Origin: Macrostomum lignano
Lineage: Eukaryota
DNA length: 34,371 bases
Assembly (NCBI GenBank): GCA_002269645.1
Contig: NIVC01000966.1
Coordinates: 1-34,371 of the forward strand
Reading direction: 5' to 3'
Positions 32,666 to 34,371 of this stretch are shown here, piece after piece (positions within the stretch are counted from its first letter, which is position 1; each line of letters starts with the position of its first letter). The translations under genes were made by a program, and so were the position numbers. A model generated the notes under the pieces. That model did not search any database and was not told the origin of the DNA. It was given only the letters and a program-made list of their open reading frames with translations.

Positions 32666-33081
32666 CTTGCAGTCTGTTGCTGCGGTAAATATTGCTGCTT
32701 CTGATGGGATAAAGTCTGCGAACCGTCCAACGCAGCAGCTCGGCGAGTAGCAACTTCTCGAGGCTCTTTGTTCCTGTCTTTGTTGTTGTTGCCGACGTCG
32801 TCATCGTAGTCGTTGAACGCGTCGTTGCCGCGTCTCTCGGCCGACCGGCTGCGCTGCTTCAACTGCTGACGCCGGCTGCAATGAAGGTCGGCATCGAGTT
32901 TAGTCAGTTCGTGCACGAAATTGCGCATATCGGCTATCAAAGCGTCAAATGACTCTGATTGATCGGTTGCTGGCCTATCCGAATTGGCCCTCGATGCCTG
33001 CTCGGAGTAGTGCGCGCTATCGCAGGTGCAACGACACGTGCAAGTGGGAAATCCAGCGGAAGACACAAGCTCATCGTCCAT
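32666..33081 (-). CDS. Probable first coding exon of the LIM gene (MDDELVSSAGFPTCTCRCTC...SFDALIADMRNFVHELTKL...)
   Basis: True ATG with an in-frame stop just upstream; GC-rich 139-codon frame with an amphipathic helix; donor CAAG|GTCGGT. Assignment to the LIM gene rests on position and strand. Confidence 0.6.
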
Positions 33082-33334
33082 TTCTCTTTAAACTGTGTGC
33101 GTGCAGCATTGCATGGACCCGGCTGCCAGGATGGATGGTCCAGTTATATACTAGCCCAACCTGGCCGACCGGATGCTCATCAGTATTTGCTCGTGGTTGA
33201 GTAATTCGATAGCTGGAATTCGCATCTATTTAGAGTGGCCTGACTATGAGAGTTGCAAATTGGTTTTACGCTCAACTGCAAGCTTTGGGTGTTGCACAGC
33301 TCCACCGTGTAAGTCTGCATAGCATCTGCCTTCG

Positions 33335-33404
33335 TCTGCCTGCCTGCCTGCGTGCCTGCCTGCCTCTCTGACTGTCTGTCTGCCTGTCTATCTGTCTGTC
33401 TTAG

Positions 33405-33435
<31 letters not shown>

Positions 33436-33439
33436 GTGG

Positions 33440-33494
<55 letters not shown>

Positions 33495-33547
33495 GTGTCT
33501 GTCTGTCTGTCTGTCTTAGTGTCTGTCTGTCTGTCTGTCTGTGTGGG

Positions 33548-33580
<33 letters not shown>

Positions 33581-33643
33581 TAGTGTCTGTCTGTCTGTCT
33601 GTCTGTCTTAGTGTCTGTCTGTCTGTCTGTCTGTCTGTGTGGG

Positions 33644-33734
<91 letters not shown>

Positions 33735-33989
33735 GTGTCTGTCTGTCTGTCTGTCTTAGTGTCTGTCTGTCTGTCTGTCTGTGTGGGTGTCTGTCTGTCT
33801 GTCTTCTGTCTGTCTGTCTAGTGTCTGTCTGTCTGTCTGTCTGTCTTAGTGTCTGTCTGTCTGTCTGTCTTAGTGTCTGCGTCTGTCTGTCTGTGTGGGT
33901 GTCTGTCTGTCTGTCTATCTGTCTGTCTTAGTGTCTGTCTGTCTGTCTGTCTGTATGTCTGTCTGTATGTCTGTCTGTCTGTCTGTCTC

Positions 33990-34034
<45 letters not shown>

Positions 34035-34047
34035 ATGTCTGTCTGTA

Positions 34048-34145
<98 letters not shown>

Positions 34146-34162
34146 ACTGACTGACTGACTGT
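33335..34162. repeat. Interrupted (TCTG)n microsatellite, about 830 bp
   Basis: Seen directly, with recurring CTTAGTG and GTGTGGGT interruptions. Confidence 0.98.
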
Positions 34163-34371
34163 ATGCCTCACACTGCATCTCATTCACTCACAAACTCATC
34201 GCGTCAACTTGATTATCTATTTATAACCAATGTATTTACGATTTTCCGTAGCGAACGCCATTTTCATGGTAATATCCATTGTGCTGCTTTCCCACGTTTT
34301 GCAAACTATATTTTTCAGACGCATTTTCGGGCTGCCACAAATATTTTTATTTTTATTTAAAGATGCACACA

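Overview
Eukaryotic (metazoan) genomic DNA, not prokaryotic: spliced genes with GT-AG introns and about 40% tandem repeat (roughly 24 arrays, about 14 kb, summed by eye). The repeat density and the neuropeptide/GPCR style suggest a free-living flatworm such as Macrostomum; this is inference only. Five protein-coding loci are supported: (1) a rhodopsin-like class A GPCR (- strand, 857-1939, start codon unresolved); (2) a small two-exon gene whose C-terminal half resembles the Hsp70 alpha-helical lid with no ATPase domain (-, 4353-5350); (3) a three-exon Msx/msh homeobox gene (+, 10197-13340) with an intron inside the homeobox; (4) a neuropeptide precursor encoding GMFRYamide, QMFRFamide, AYMFRYamide and ALLamide (-, 25898-26281); (5) an LMO7/LIMCH1/Smallish-like LIM-domain gene (-, about 31301-33081) whose exons do not join in one obvious frame. 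Mobile DNA includes a 390-bp foldback element with a perfect 9-bp TSD, a hAT-like MITE carrying an internal minisatellite, a tRNA-derived CORE-SINE, and a structured element with split Pol III boxes. Most long ORFs in the supplied track are repeat artefacts or use GTG/TTG starts. No CRISPR array, rRNA or intact tRNA was seen.
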